Origin: Clostridia bacterium
GTDB lineage: Bacteria; Bacillota; Clostridia; Christensenellales; UBA1242
DNA length: 64,000 bases
Assembly (NCBI GenBank): GCA_041670165.1
Contig: JBAXZR010000004.1
Coordinates: 6,918 to 70,917, forward strand
Direction: 5' to 3'
Shown: piece after piece, positions 22,301 through 30,689 of the stretch
Position numbering within the stretch: the first letter of the stretch is position 1
Layout: every line of letters begins with the position of its first letter
The notes under the pieces: model-generated
Told to the model about the DNA's origin: nothing
Databases searched by the model: none
What the model saw: the letters and a program-made list of their open reading frames with translations, nothing else
Position numbers and translations under genes: made by a program

Positions 22301-22811
22301 AGAAAAAGAAAAACCCCAAAAAGCTTCTCTTGGAACTGCATTTCATTATGTTTTTGAAAAATTAGATTATTCAAAACCCGTAACAATTGAAACAATAGAA
22401 AAAATTATTGAAAATGGCGAAATTAATAATGTTTTTCATAGAAATGAAAGTGTTCTTGTTTCAAAAGAAAAAGTTCTTGCTTGTGCTAATGTCCTTGCCC
22501 CATTACTCAAAGATAAAATTGTTTTAAAAGAAAAAAAATTCATGATGAAAGTAAAAGCAAAAGAAATTTTTGACACTCAAGATGATTCAAAAATTCTTAT
22601 CCAAGGCAAGGTTGATTTGCTCGCTCTTGGAAATGAAAATATTTTGTTTGATTTCAAGCTAACTAAAACCACAAACCACAAAATTGTTAGAGAAAAATAT
22701 TCAAAGCAACTTGGGCTTTATAAACTTGCTCTTGAAAAGGCTCTTTATAAAAAAATTGATAAGTGTTTTATTGTTCTTATTGAAACTTCTGAACTTGTTG
22801 AGATTTTTTAA
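19335..22811 (+). CDS. addA: ATP-dependent helicase/nuclease subunit A
   Basis: ASAGSGKT, LTFTKAAAAEMK, DEYQD, VGDVKQSIYAFR, NFRS, TIHASKGLEF, YVALTRAK, and C-terminal RecB-type nuclease QGKVDL..FDFK. Confidence 0.95.
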   Translation: MINEEKSKINFLPEQNEVLLINGLSQLVSASAGSGKTTVMIEKIARILKDKTNPVAIDEILVLTFTKAAAAEMKQRLFENLSENALENPDLQAKIDGLPSANISTIDSFCQRLITKWFYVLDIDPLFAVLDETTASYYKSKAFDNALEKLIKENIYDFNLLAETFGGKRSDSKLRTIIFQLDNFLVSLVNSEEWINEISTKYISCPELGYKIVNEHVCFEISKLKNEIEKFVLFSSEHGYEKATKFFNQIKSDFESVKLEKNIFENAQTMRCISFENIKYSNDSDEDFYEKCKNFNKYIKDTFAKIEDFLPSGSPEQEKKEMNELLAVTKILLNLLKNYSDEFAKIKRAKKCMDFNDLEHFALKLLSNSEVQESIKQSFKYVFIDEYQDTNAVQEKLLELVSNKNNRFMVGDVKQSIYAFRQSDPKIFIGKGEKLASGEGVFQTLNSNFRSQPAILNFVNKLFAFAMTKENSGIDYKSSSMFNPLASFDNSFKKFSAVEVLISENKIETKEEKKQKDHVYSIAEYIPEKNAKENVIQKEAKIVASKIFEIKNQRIYDNKIKAWREVNFGDFVILLRTKKSCFDFQEALLDLNVPVTMVTQPKLFENKYALQMISLCKVVSCFLQDEPLINVLLSRFGGFDENELAQIRLENSSEHFFHKCFLSCAKNSESSIFEKANQFVRFIETLKKKCGREGIAEMLNYALNETNFVTHIMVETKGDTSQSMIANKFAEYFRNTPFEFDLDSFLDYADKNEKELAGWTLFESNNSQVKITTIHASKGLEFPIVILPFCGKPLCDHKENGDVLLSKNLGIAIKHCDTEEKISKKLSPWKIISIEKEKEELAEELRIWYVALTRAKNHLLICGTIDSLKKIEIGSTIQKKDSILELIMKSLDKNELKQFKQERKLSFLENGNDCVFEIFDDLDFAINNQSVEEELFIDSKEREKIEKQIENVIKFSFEQSKFFLKNSVSSIINNGEEVFTIKEKSEESEEKEKPQKASLGTAFHYVFEKLDYSKPVTIETIEKIIENGEINNVFHRNESVLVSKEKVLACANVLAPLLKDKIVLKEKKFMMKVKAKEIFDTQDDSKILIQGKVDLLALGNENILFDFKLTKTTNHKIVREKYSKQLGLYKLALEKALYKKIDKCFIVLIETSELVEIF

Positions 22812-22860
22812 AAAAAGTGGGGTTTAAATTTGTTAAAAAATTAAATTGATTTATTCTAAG

Positions 22861-23340
22861 AATTAATATTAAAATTATATTTAATTAAAAATTAATATAA
22901 ATTTAAAAATTAATATAAATTAAATTAAAATTAATATTAATAATTAATTATATTTAAAATAATTAAAATAATTTTAAAAATATTTTAATAATTTAATTAA
23001 ATTAAATAATTAAATGTTTTTTATTATTGCGAAAATATTTTAAATATTCTTTATGAGTCCTTATAATCAGAGCTATAGAAAAAATTGTTTTACTAATTTT
23101 AAAATTAATAATTTAATAATAAAATTCAATCAAATATTTAAAAAAATAAAATAATTTAATTAATTAATAAATAATTAATCATAAAATAAATAATTTTAAT
23201 TAAATTATTAATAAATAATAATATAAATAATAAAAAATTAATTAATTAATAAAATTTTAATTGATTTTTATTTTAAAATAATGCATTATATAGTTGTTTA
23301 ATAAATTAAAAGAATTAAATTTAATTGATATTAAAAAATA
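22861..23340. other. Extremely AT-rich intergenic tract
   Basis: Manual count gives 26 G/C in 480 nt. 22861-23015 has no G or C. A perfect tandem 18-mer TAAAAATTAATATAAATT lies at 22886-22921. Confidence 0.9.
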
Positions 23341-23415
23341 AATAATAATTATTAAAAAATATTAGTTAATTTTATTTCGGTGTGTTATACTAATGCAAAG
23401 AAAGGAGATAATTTC

Positions 23416-26172
23416 ATGTTTTCTTTATTAGGACTCAGTATCTTTGATGACTATATTTATCCATTTTTTGTTACTGCTGGTAAACTGTTCACAATTGAGT
23501 GGATTTTATGGGGTGCTGTAATTATTGAAGTTGTCTTCATTTTGTTTTTCTTAATAAAATCATTTTTTGCATATGAGCTTAGACTTTTTCGCAAGGTTGA
23601 CAAATTGAACTTGTGGCTTTTAACCGCAGGTCAAATTAAAGAAGAAAATCTTATTGAATTTAACAATAAGATGAAAAAAGTTCCAAAAATTTTGAGATAT
23701 CAATGGCAACAATACATGCTGTATCGTGATAAAGCACCAAGCAATTACATGAGTGTGCATAATTGTGTTGAAAATCCAATCAAGTCAAGCAAGCTTACAA
23801 CAAACATTAAAACAATCACTTCACTTTCCTTTGTTCTTTGTGTTTTCTCATTTTTGTTTTCTTGTGGAGCTCTTGAAGGTGGACAAACTTCTGACTTTTT
23901 TGTTCTCTTGTTCAAAGCAACAATCATTCCAATTATTGTTCTTTCTCTTAACACTTTCTACACATCATTGTTAAAAATTCGCCAAAGTAATATTCAAGTT
24001 GATTTGTTCGAAACTTTCCATATTTTCGAAAGGCTTATTGACAGAGCAAGCACAACCATTCCTCAATATGTTGACTTTGAAGTTTTGTTTACTAGAACAG
24101 AAATTAAAAGAGGTATTCCAGTTTTAAACGAATATCTTGAAAAAAGAGCAAGAGAAGAAGAGTTGGAACTTGAAAAAGCAAGAATCAATTCTGTTGAACA
24201 TATTAATTATGATTTTGAAGCAGTTGGTATGGACGGTGCATTGCTTCTTGAAAGAGCAATGAAGGAATGTGAAATATACACAAACCTTAGAGCAAGACTT
24301 ATGCTTGAAATTGGTCAAATTGAATCTGAAATTGAAAGTTACAAAAAAGCTTATGACAACACTCAAAAAGATTATCAAAAGAAATTGCAAGCAAACAAAG
24401 AAAATATTGAAAGATTAAGAACCCAGCAAGAAACAACAACAAATCGTATTGAAAGCAATTATATTCGTAAACAACAATCCGATGAAATCAAAAAACAACA
24501 ACAAGTTGAAAAAGATTTTGACGATGCAACAATTCGTTATAAACAAGAAATTGCAACCATTTCAACGGAAGTTGACAAACGCAAGCAAGAACTTGATGAA
24601 AAGAAAAAATATATTGAAAATGTTATGCTTTTGGAATTTAAAACATATTCAGACAAGGTTTACAAAAAACTTGCTTCTCAAGCTGAAGAAAAAAATAAAT
24701 CGATTGTTGAAGAACTTGATAACATTAACAAACGAATCACAGATGAACTTGAAGAAGCTAATGACAATCTTATTAAAAAGAGTTCTGAATGCGAAATCGC
24801 TCGTGGTGAAGCAATAAGATTTTCCGAATCGCTTGTTCAGGCTAATGAAAAAATTTCTGAACTTTTGCAAAAGAAAAACAAAGGAACAGAAAAGTTTGTT
24901 GCAACTGTAAATCCTTCTACAAATGAAAATGTTGATGCCCCAAAAGAAGCTAGCTCAGAAAATAACCAAGACGGATATTATGATGAAAAAGGTTATTACA
25001 TATATCCAAATGGTACTTATTATGACGATAAAGGCAATTTCTTTGACGGAACAGGTGGCTACTTTGATCCACAAGGCAATTATTTCCCTGCTGAATCTAA
25101 TGATGCATCAGCTCAGCCAGTTTCACCTTCTAATGAAGAAATTTTGAAAGCAAAAGAAGATGAAAAAAAAGCAAAAGCTGAAACAGAAGCATTTAGTAAA
25201 AACGAAGAATCACGCAAATTAAAAAAAGCTGAAGATGAAGAAAAATTGAAAGCTGAGAGAGAAAAACTCGAAAAAGAAAAGATTGAAGCTGAAAAGAATG
25301 CTAAAGCCCAAATGGCAGAAGCAAAACCAGAAGGTGAAGGTCATTACGATGAAAAAGGCAATTATATTTATGCCGATGGTTCTTATTATGATGAACGAGG
25401 TTATTTCATCTATCCTGATGGCTCTTATTATGATGATAAAGGAAATTACTTTGACACAAAGGGCGGACATTATGATGCTGCAGGCAAGTATTATCCTTCC
25501 GAAGAACAAAATGTTGTAGAAACAAAACCAGAAACATTAGAAAATGAAAACAAAGAAGAAATTTCTGATTATGTTGAAATTCCATCTGTTCAAACAGCTT
25601 TAGAAACTCCTGTTGAAACTGAACCAGAAAAAGCTGAAGAAACAGTGGAAGCTGAAGAAACAGAAGAAACAGAAGAAAAAAGAGGAAGAGGAAGACCTAA
25701 AAAGCAAGCTTCTGAAATCGAAGAAGAAACTCCTTCAGAAGAAAAGAAGGGAAGAGGAAGACCTAAGAAACAAGCATCTGAAACTGAAGAAGAAACAGCT
25801 TCAGAAGAAAAGAAAGGAAGGGGAAGACCTAAAAAAGAAGTCGACACAAGTGAAGAGCAAAAACCCAAAGGCACTCGTGGAAGACCAAAAAAAGAAGCTG
25901 ATCCAAGTGAAGACCAAAAACCAAAGGGAACTCGTGGAAGACCAAAAAAAGTTGTCGATGAAAATGAAACGATGAACGAATCTCAAGAAGAAAATGTTGA
26001 AAATGCAAAAGTAGAAAATCAAAAAGTGAAAGCATTAAAAACTGAAATGGAAAACCTTGTTAACCAAATCAATATTCTTTCAGAAGAAAAAGGTAAACAA
26101 GAAGAAATTGACCAAATCAATAAGAGATTGAGTGAAATCGTTTTGGAAATCGAAAAACAAGAAAAAAAATAA
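23416..26172 (+). CDS. Membrane-anchored coiled-coil protein with Tyr/Gly/Asp repeats and five AT-hook motifs
   Basis: ATG 23416 after AAGGAG. N-terminal hydrophobic segments, long E/K/Q coiled coil, YYDxxGxY repeats, and RGRPKK x5. Confidence 0.85.
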   Translation: MFSLLGLSIFDDYIYPFFVTAGKLFTIEWILWGAVIIEVVFILFFLIKSFFAYELRLFRKVDKLNLWLLTAGQIKEENLIEFNNKMKKVPKILRYQWQQYMLYRDKAPSNYMSVHNCVENPIKSSKLTTNIKTITSLSFVLCVFSFLFSCGALEGGQTSDFFVLLFKATIIPIIVLSLNTFYTSLLKIRQSNIQVDLFETFHIFERLIDRASTTIPQYVDFEVLFTRTEIKRGIPVLNEYLEKRAREEELELEKARINSVEHINYDFEAVGMDGALLLERAMKECEIYTNLRARLMLEIGQIESEIESYKKAYDNTQKDYQKKLQANKENIERLRTQQETTTNRIESNYIRKQQSDEIKKQQQVEKDFDDATIRYKQEIATISTEVDKRKQELDEKKKYIENVMLLEFKTYSDKVYKKLASQAEEKNKSIVEELDNINKRITDELEEANDNLIKKSSECEIARGEAIRFSESLVQANEKISELLQKKNKGTEKFVATVNPSTNENVDAPKEASSENNQDGYYDEKGYYIYPNGTYYDDKGNFFDGTGGYFDPQGNYFPAESNDASAQPVSPSNEEILKAKEDEKKAKAETEAFSKNEESRKLKKAEDEEKLKAEREKLEKEKIEAEKNAKAQMAEAKPEGEGHYDEKGNYIYADGSYYDERGYFIYPDGSYYDDKGNYFDTKGGHYDAAGKYYPSEEQNVVETKPETLENENKEEISDYVEIPSVQTALETPVETEPEKAEETVEAEETEETEEKRGRGRPKKQASEIEEETPSEEKKGRGRPKKQASETEEETASEEKKGRGRPKKEVDTSEEQKPKGTRGRPKKEADPSEDQKPKGTRGRPKKVVDENETMNESQEENVENAKVENQKVKALKTEMENLVNQINILSEEKGKQEEIDQINKRLSEIVLEIEKQEKK
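25672..25950 (+). repeat. Intragenic tandem repeats encoding AT-hooks (periods 66, 66, 57, 57 bp)
   Basis: Pro codons of RGRPKK at 25696, 25762, 25828, 25885 and 25942. Confidence 0.9.
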
Positions 26173-26176
26173 AAAT

Positions 26177-26209
26177 AAAAATGGCTGAATTTTTGTTCAG
26201 TCATTTTTT
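26177..26209. terminator. Bidirectional terminator between convergent genes
   Basis: AAAAATGGCTGAA...TTCAGTCATTTTTT. Confidence 0.75.
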
Positions 26210-26248
26210 CTTTTTTTTGTAATATAAGGTTTTATATTTGTGTTTGTA

Positions 26249-27025
26249 CTATTCGGACAGAAGCATAAGTTCTCTAAGTTTTCCATGTTGTTTAGAAATG
26301 GCTATTATTTTTTCCGTTATCGTTTGTCCTTTTCTTAAAATTAGTTCATTATTTAGTCCAAGAATGTTAGTGATTGCTTTTTTGCCAATTAAAAGTTCAC
26401 TTGAACTTAAAACTCTTGATGGAACGGCAACTCTAGGATTGAATTTTATTTTAGGTTGTTCTTCAATTTTTTGTTCGTTTTGTGCTGGTGTGATTTCAAT
26501 GGCATTTTTTTGCTCTTCCAAAACTCTTACCATGATTTCTTGTTCATCTCTTTGAGCAAACACTCTTATTCTCGGCTTAAATGTGTGAAGAGCTTTTTTT
26601 GTGTCAGTGCAAAATATAATCATTTCTTTGTCTTCACATACAATTTGAGAAGGAGATATTTTTGTTCCATTGTTTGAAACGAGTTTGATGTCATGACCTC
26701 TTTCATCAAATTCAATGTCAATTAAATTTCCAAAACTAGTTCCAGAGATTGATAAAAGTGAAGCACCCATATTAAAAGGTTTGCAAATTCTTTTCAATGA
26801 TTTTATGCAGTGTGTGGTGTTTCTTAACATAATGGCATTTTCACCAAAAGAAAAAATTCTTCTCAGTTCAATGAAAAAGGTTTCTCCTGATTGTTCTTTT
26901 CCGCAAAATCCGACGACTCTTCTTGAGTCTTTTGAAAGCATGATGCTTTCAATTGTCCCAATTACTTGGTTCTCAAAAATTGCTACAACCTTTTTGTTAC
27001 ATACATTACTATTTTTCATATTCAT
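26249..27025 (-). CDS. PRC-barrel domain protein (YrrD-like)
   Basis: KKVVAI..NQVIGTIESI......VVGF and IFSFGENAIML, a second barrel, and the C-terminal LIGKKA..NI.....ELI..KGQTITEKII tail. Confidence 0.65.
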   Translation of the reverse strand: MNMKNSNVCNKKVVAIFENQVIGTIESIMLSKDSRRVVGFCGKEQSGETFFIELRRIFSFGENAIMLRNTTHCIKSLKRICKPFNMGASLLSISGTSFGNLIDIEFDERGHDIKLVSNNGTKISPSQIVCEDKEMIIFCTDTKKALHTFKPRIRVFAQRDEQEIMVRVLEEQKNAIEITPAQNEQKIEEQPKIKFNPRVAVPSRVLSSSELLIGKKAITNILGLNNELILRKGQTITEKIIAISKQHGKLRELMLLSE

Positions 27026-27146
27026 TTTTCCTCTAACTCCATTTTATTAAGCAAATTGCTTCTTTATGATAAAATGAATTTAATATTTTAAAAATAATAC
27101 AACAAAAAATAATTGTTTTTTTTACTCTACAGGGTTATACTAAATT

Positions 27147-28265
27147 ATGGGATTTTTTCAGAGTATTAGAAATCTTTTTTCTAGAAATGCAAGGCTTACT
27201 AGTGACAAAAAAAATGAGCTTGTTTTGGTTTGTAGACAAAAAGGAAAAAGATATTTCATAAATACAAAAGTAATAGTTCCAAAGGGTTTCGCTTTTGTTT
27301 TTGCTCATCGTGGAAGAGTTCTTGATGTCCTAAGTGAGGGAACACATATAATATCTGCTGTTACCTTGCCAGAATGTTGCAAACACTTCAAGTTATACAA
27401 ACTTGTTGATAACAAGCCTAAAAAAAACTTTGTTGCAAATGGTTATTTTGTTTTGATTGATAAATGTGATGACCTTGTTTGTGGAACAAATGAAAAAGTT
27501 TTTGTTTACGAATATGGTAGAAAAGTTGATTGGATAAAAATGGAATTCACATTTTCATTAAGAGTTGCAATTCCGCAGACATTTATGAGAACAATGTTTT
27601 CTGAGTACGAGGTTTTGTATGACGGAGAATCAAACAAAATAATTTCTTGGTTAGCTTCAGATTTAATCACAAGCTATCTTAAAGAAATGGATATTTTAAA
27701 AGATGAAATATATTCATTGTTAAGTACAAGGCTGGCTGAAATTCAAGATTATTTCAAATTGGCAATGGCAAAATATGGAGTTGAAATTGAAAGTTTAAGT
27801 GTTAAAAAGCTTCAAACAAAGACAAACAAAAATTGGCTTATCGAAGATTATTCTTCGTTAGATAATTCAATTTCTAGCAATGAGAAACCAAATGAAGAAA
27901 CTGAACTTAATCCATATATCACACCAAAAAATGTGATTGGTGGAAATGGTGAAGATGATTTCATGTTTGAAACGGTTTTTCCAAGCACTGAAAATCTACA
28001 TTTTTCAATGCCTGAAAAAGATGTTGAAGAACCAGTGTTGGCACAAGAAACTATGAATCAAGAAAAAGCTTATTTGAAAGAACAAATTAAAAAAAGTATT
28101 TCTGGCGATGGTAAATTTGTTGATCTCAATGTTGTAAACACCTTTAAGCCTAGTTCTGAAAAATTTATTTGTCCGTTTTGTGGAGAACCAATTCTCACAA
28201 AAGCAAAATTTTGTCCAGCATGCGGAAAACCACTAAACTCAGAAGATAAATCACAAAATTTATAA
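27147..28265 (+). CDS. SPFH/Band7-like domain protein with C-terminal zinc ribbon
   Basis: VIVPKGFAFVF..RGRVLDVL.EGTH and YGVEIESLSV; CPFCG....KAKFCPACG. Confidence 0.65.
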   Translation: MGFFQSIRNLFSRNARLTSDKKNELVLVCRQKGKRYFINTKVIVPKGFAFVFAHRGRVLDVLSEGTHIISAVTLPECCKHFKLYKLVDNKPKKNFVANGYFVLIDKCDDLVCGTNEKVFVYEYGRKVDWIKMEFTFSLRVAIPQTFMRTMFSEYEVLYDGESNKIISWLASDLITSYLKEMDILKDEIYSLLSTRLAEIQDYFKLAMAKYGVEIESLSVKKLQTKTNKNWLIEDYSSLDNSISSNEKPNEETELNPYITPKNVIGGNGEDDFMFETVFPSTENLHFSMPEKDVEEPVLAQETMNQEKAYLKEQIKKSISGDGKFVDLNVVNTFKPSSEKFICPFCGEPILTKAKFCPACGKPLNSEDKSQNL

Positions 28266-28286
28266 ACAAAACAAAAGGAGAGATTT

Positions 28287-28487
28287 ATGGAAAAGAAAGT
28301 ATACGACAAGGATTTTACAATTGGGGAAGTTGTTGATGCAGACGAAAAAAACATTGAAATCCTTAAAGGATTTGGAATGCACTGCTTTGGTTGTCCAATG
28401 AGTAGAATGGAAACTCTTGAAGAAGCTGCTGAAGCTCATGAGATTTCACTTGAATTCTTACTTGAAAAACTTAATGAGAAAAAGTAA
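28287..28487 (+). CDS. DUF1858 domain protein
   Basis: TIGEVV...GMHCFGCP....ETLEEAAEAH. Confidence 0.85.
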   Translation: MEKKVYDKDFTIGEVVDADEKNIEILKGFGMHCFGCPMSRMETLEEAAEAHEISLEFLLEKLNEKK

Positions 28488-28501
28488 ACAACTAAAAATT
28501 T

Positions 28502-28526
28502 AAACTTGGCAAATGCCAAGTTTTTT
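28502..28526 (+). terminator. Rho-independent terminator
   Basis: AAACTTGGCA-AA-TGCCAAGTTTTTT. Confidence 0.8.
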
Positions 28527-28617
28527 ATTATTTTGCAAATGTGCTATTGAAAATGCCTATTTGTGGTGTTAGAATACAAATATATATTAATTTGTTGACA
28601 CACAAAAGAAGGTATTT

Positions 28618-29064
28618 ATGACAGACTTGGAACTTTTGCAACTAGCTTTAAAAATCGCAATCAAAGCACATGCTAACCAATTTGATAAAATTGGAAATCC
28701 ATACATTAAGCACCCTGTTGCAGTTTGTAATATGCTCACGGACTTAAAGGACAAGCAAGTTGCTCTTCTTCATGATGTTTGTGAAGATAGTAGCATAACT
28801 CTTGATGATCTTAAGGCTTACGGTTTTTCTTTTGAAGTTGTGTCTGCTGTTGAAGCAATTACAAAAAGAAAAGATGAACCATATGAAGAATATATTGCAA
28901 GGGTTAAGAAAAATAAAATTGCTACAAGAGTCAAAATTTGTGATATAAAACACAATCAAGACCCAAGCCGTATTTGTTTGGCAACTGAAGCAGACAGACA
29001 AAGACAAGAAAAATATAAAAGAGCTCTCATTGTTCTTCAAAGCAAAAATGACAGAATTTTATAA
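28618..29064 (+). CDS. Stand-alone HD-domain RelA/SpoT hydrolase-like protein (small alarmone hydrolase)
   Basis: AHANQFDK.G.PYIKHP, ALLHDVCED, RVKICDIKHN. Confidence 0.85.
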   Translation: MTDLELLQLALKIAIKAHANQFDKIGNPYIKHPVAVCNMLTDLKDKQVALLHDVCEDSSITLDDLKAYGFSFEVVSAVEAITKRKDEPYEEYIARVKKNKIATRVKICDIKHNQDPSRICLATEADRQRQEKYKRALIVLQSKNDRIL

Positions 29065-29151
29065 CAATTGCAAACAAAAATTGAGAAATTTACTCGAAAA
29101 GTTTAAATCTTTAAACTAAGTAATTTTATGATATATATAATATAGTAGGAG

Positions 29152-29177
29152 AAGCTCTAAAAATTGGAGCTTTTTTT
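29152..29177 (+). terminator. Rho-independent terminator
   Basis: AAGCTCTAA-AAA-TTGGAGCTTTTTTT. Confidence 0.7.
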
Positions 29178-29434
29178 GTTGCAAGAATTTTGAAAGATAG
29201 TTATGGTTAATATCAATTAAATATTTTTATAAGTAGGTATTAACAAAATTATGCACACGGAAATTTTAGCAAAATTTTTCAACAAACAATAAGGGTATAA
29301 AAAAACAAAAGATTAAAAATATAACATAAAAATCAATTATAAAAATATAACCTTAATTCTTGCGTATCTACTTATTATTTTGGTGCTGACCAAATAAGAA
29401 AAACAAAATAATATAATTTTTATGGAAAAAATGA

Positions 29435-29463
29435 TTGACAAACTTGCTTAGTTTTGTTAAACT
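29435..29463 (+). promoter_or_regulatory. SigA-type promoter of the S10 operon
   Basis: TTGACA-17 nt-TAAACT with TG extended -10. Confidence 0.75.
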
Positions 29464-29469
29464 GCTCAA

Positions 29470-29715
29470 GCTGTTAAGTATGGGAAGAAGCATGAGGTTA
29501 CTTTGGTTAGCAACAATCGAAGAGAATTTATGTGGACCAGCGCAGGAGATTTATCTGCGTGACCAACATTAAAAATCGCGCATACAACACTAGCTCCGAA
29601 TTCAAAAGATTTATCTATAGAATGTCGGAGCATATGTTTGGCTTACAGCATGACACACACGGACTCGTGTATCGTCAGTTGCGTGAGTTGGAGTGTTTTC
29701 ACAGGAGGTATAAAA
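29470..29715 (+). ncRNA. Long structured S10-operon 5' leader (candidate r-protein autoregulatory RNA)
   Basis: GC-enriched ~245-nt UTR with hairpins CGCAG/CTGCG, GCTCCGA/TCGGAGC and TGAC..ACACG/CGTGT..GTCA. Confidence 0.55.
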
Positions 29716-30024
29716 ATGGCAACACAAAAAATCAGAGTTAAGTTGAAAGCCTATGATCACCTCGTTCTTGATGCAGCTTGCGATCGTATTATCGACGCAG
29801 CAATCAAGAGTGGTGCAAAAGTCGCTGGGCCAATTCCTCTTCCAACAGATAAGGAAGTGGTTACAGTAATCCGTTCTCCACACAAATATAAAGATAGCCG
29901 TGAGCAATTTGAGTGCAGAACACACAAGAGAATGATTGACATTTATAATCCATCACCAAAAGCCGTAGACAGTCTTATGAAGCTTGATCTTCCAGCTGGT
30001 GTAGATATAAATATTAAGTTGTAA
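29716..30024 (+). CDS. rpsJ: 30S ribosomal protein S10
   Basis: [32 protein letters not shown]; start at ATG 29716 after AGGAGG. Confidence 0.99.
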   Translation: MATQKIRVKLKAYDHLVLDAACDRIIDAAIKSGAKVAGPIPLPTDKEVVTVIRSPHKYKDSREQFECRTHKRMIDIYNPSPKAVDSLMKLDLPAGVDINIKL

Positions 30025-30041
30025 GGGAGAAACAAGAGAAC

Positions 30042-30674
30042 ATGAAAAAAGCTATAATAGGAAAGAAATTGGGTATGACCCAAGTGTTCACTTCAGACGG
30101 TCAGGTTGTACCTGTAACTGTTGTTGAAGCAGGCCCTTGCACAGTAGTTCAAAAGAAAACAACTGAAAAAGAGGGATACGATTCAGTCGTTGTCGCATTT
30201 GAAGAAGCAAGAGAAAAATTAATCAATAAACCTCAAATGGGTATTTTCAAAAAAGCAAGTATTGCTCCATGCAAAACCCTTAAAGAATTGAGATTGGATT
30301 CTTGCGCTGAAAGAGAAATTGGAAATGTTATTAAAGCAGACATTTTCACAGAAGGCGACATGGTTGATGTTAGTGGTGTTACTCGTGGTCGTGGATTCAC
30401 TGGTTGCATTGCTAGATGGAATCAACACAGACTTAAAATGACTCATGGAACTGGACCTGTTCACAGACAAGTTGGTTCAATGGGTGCAAACACAACCCCA
30501 GGACATGTTTTTAAAAACAAAAGAATGCCTGGACATTATGGACAAGAAAAAGTAACAATTCAAAACTTGCAAATCGTAAAAGTTGACGCAGAGAGAAATC
30601 TTTTGCTCGTTAAAGGTTGCGTTCCAGGTGCAAGAGGATCTTTGGTTTTCATCAGAGATGCAAAGAAAGCGTAA
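30042..30674 (+). CDS. rplC: 50S ribosomal protein L3
   Basis: GKKLGMTQVF..PVTVVE; operon order. Confidence 0.99.
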   Translation: MKKAIIGKKLGMTQVFTSDGQVVPVTVVEAGPCTVVQKKTTEKEGYDSVVVAFEEAREKLINKPQMGIFKKASIAPCKTLKELRLDSCAEREIGNVIKADIFTEGDMVDVSGVTRGRGFTGCIARWNQHRLKMTHGTGPVHRQVGSMGANTTPGHVFKNKRMPGHYGQEKVTIQNLQIVKVDAERNLLLVKGCVPGARGSLVFIRDAKKA

Positions 30675-30689
30675 GGGGAGGAGAAACAA

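Noticed and set aside
22861..23340. Replication origin in the AT-rich tract
   Set aside because: I saw no DnaA boxes (TTATCCACA) in or beside it, and no dnaA/dnaN or rep gene nearby.
23416..24000. ZorA/MotA-like identity for the AT-hook protein (TM, W..Y helix, TM pair, long tail)
   Set aside because: It lacks the G.LGT..G motif of MotA/ZorA and there is no MotB/ZorB partner. The resemblance is only architectural.
25672..25950. CRISPR-like periodic repeats
   Set aside because: The repeats are in-frame, protein-coding and degenerate at wobble positions, and there are no cas genes. No CRISPR array was seen anywhere in the window.
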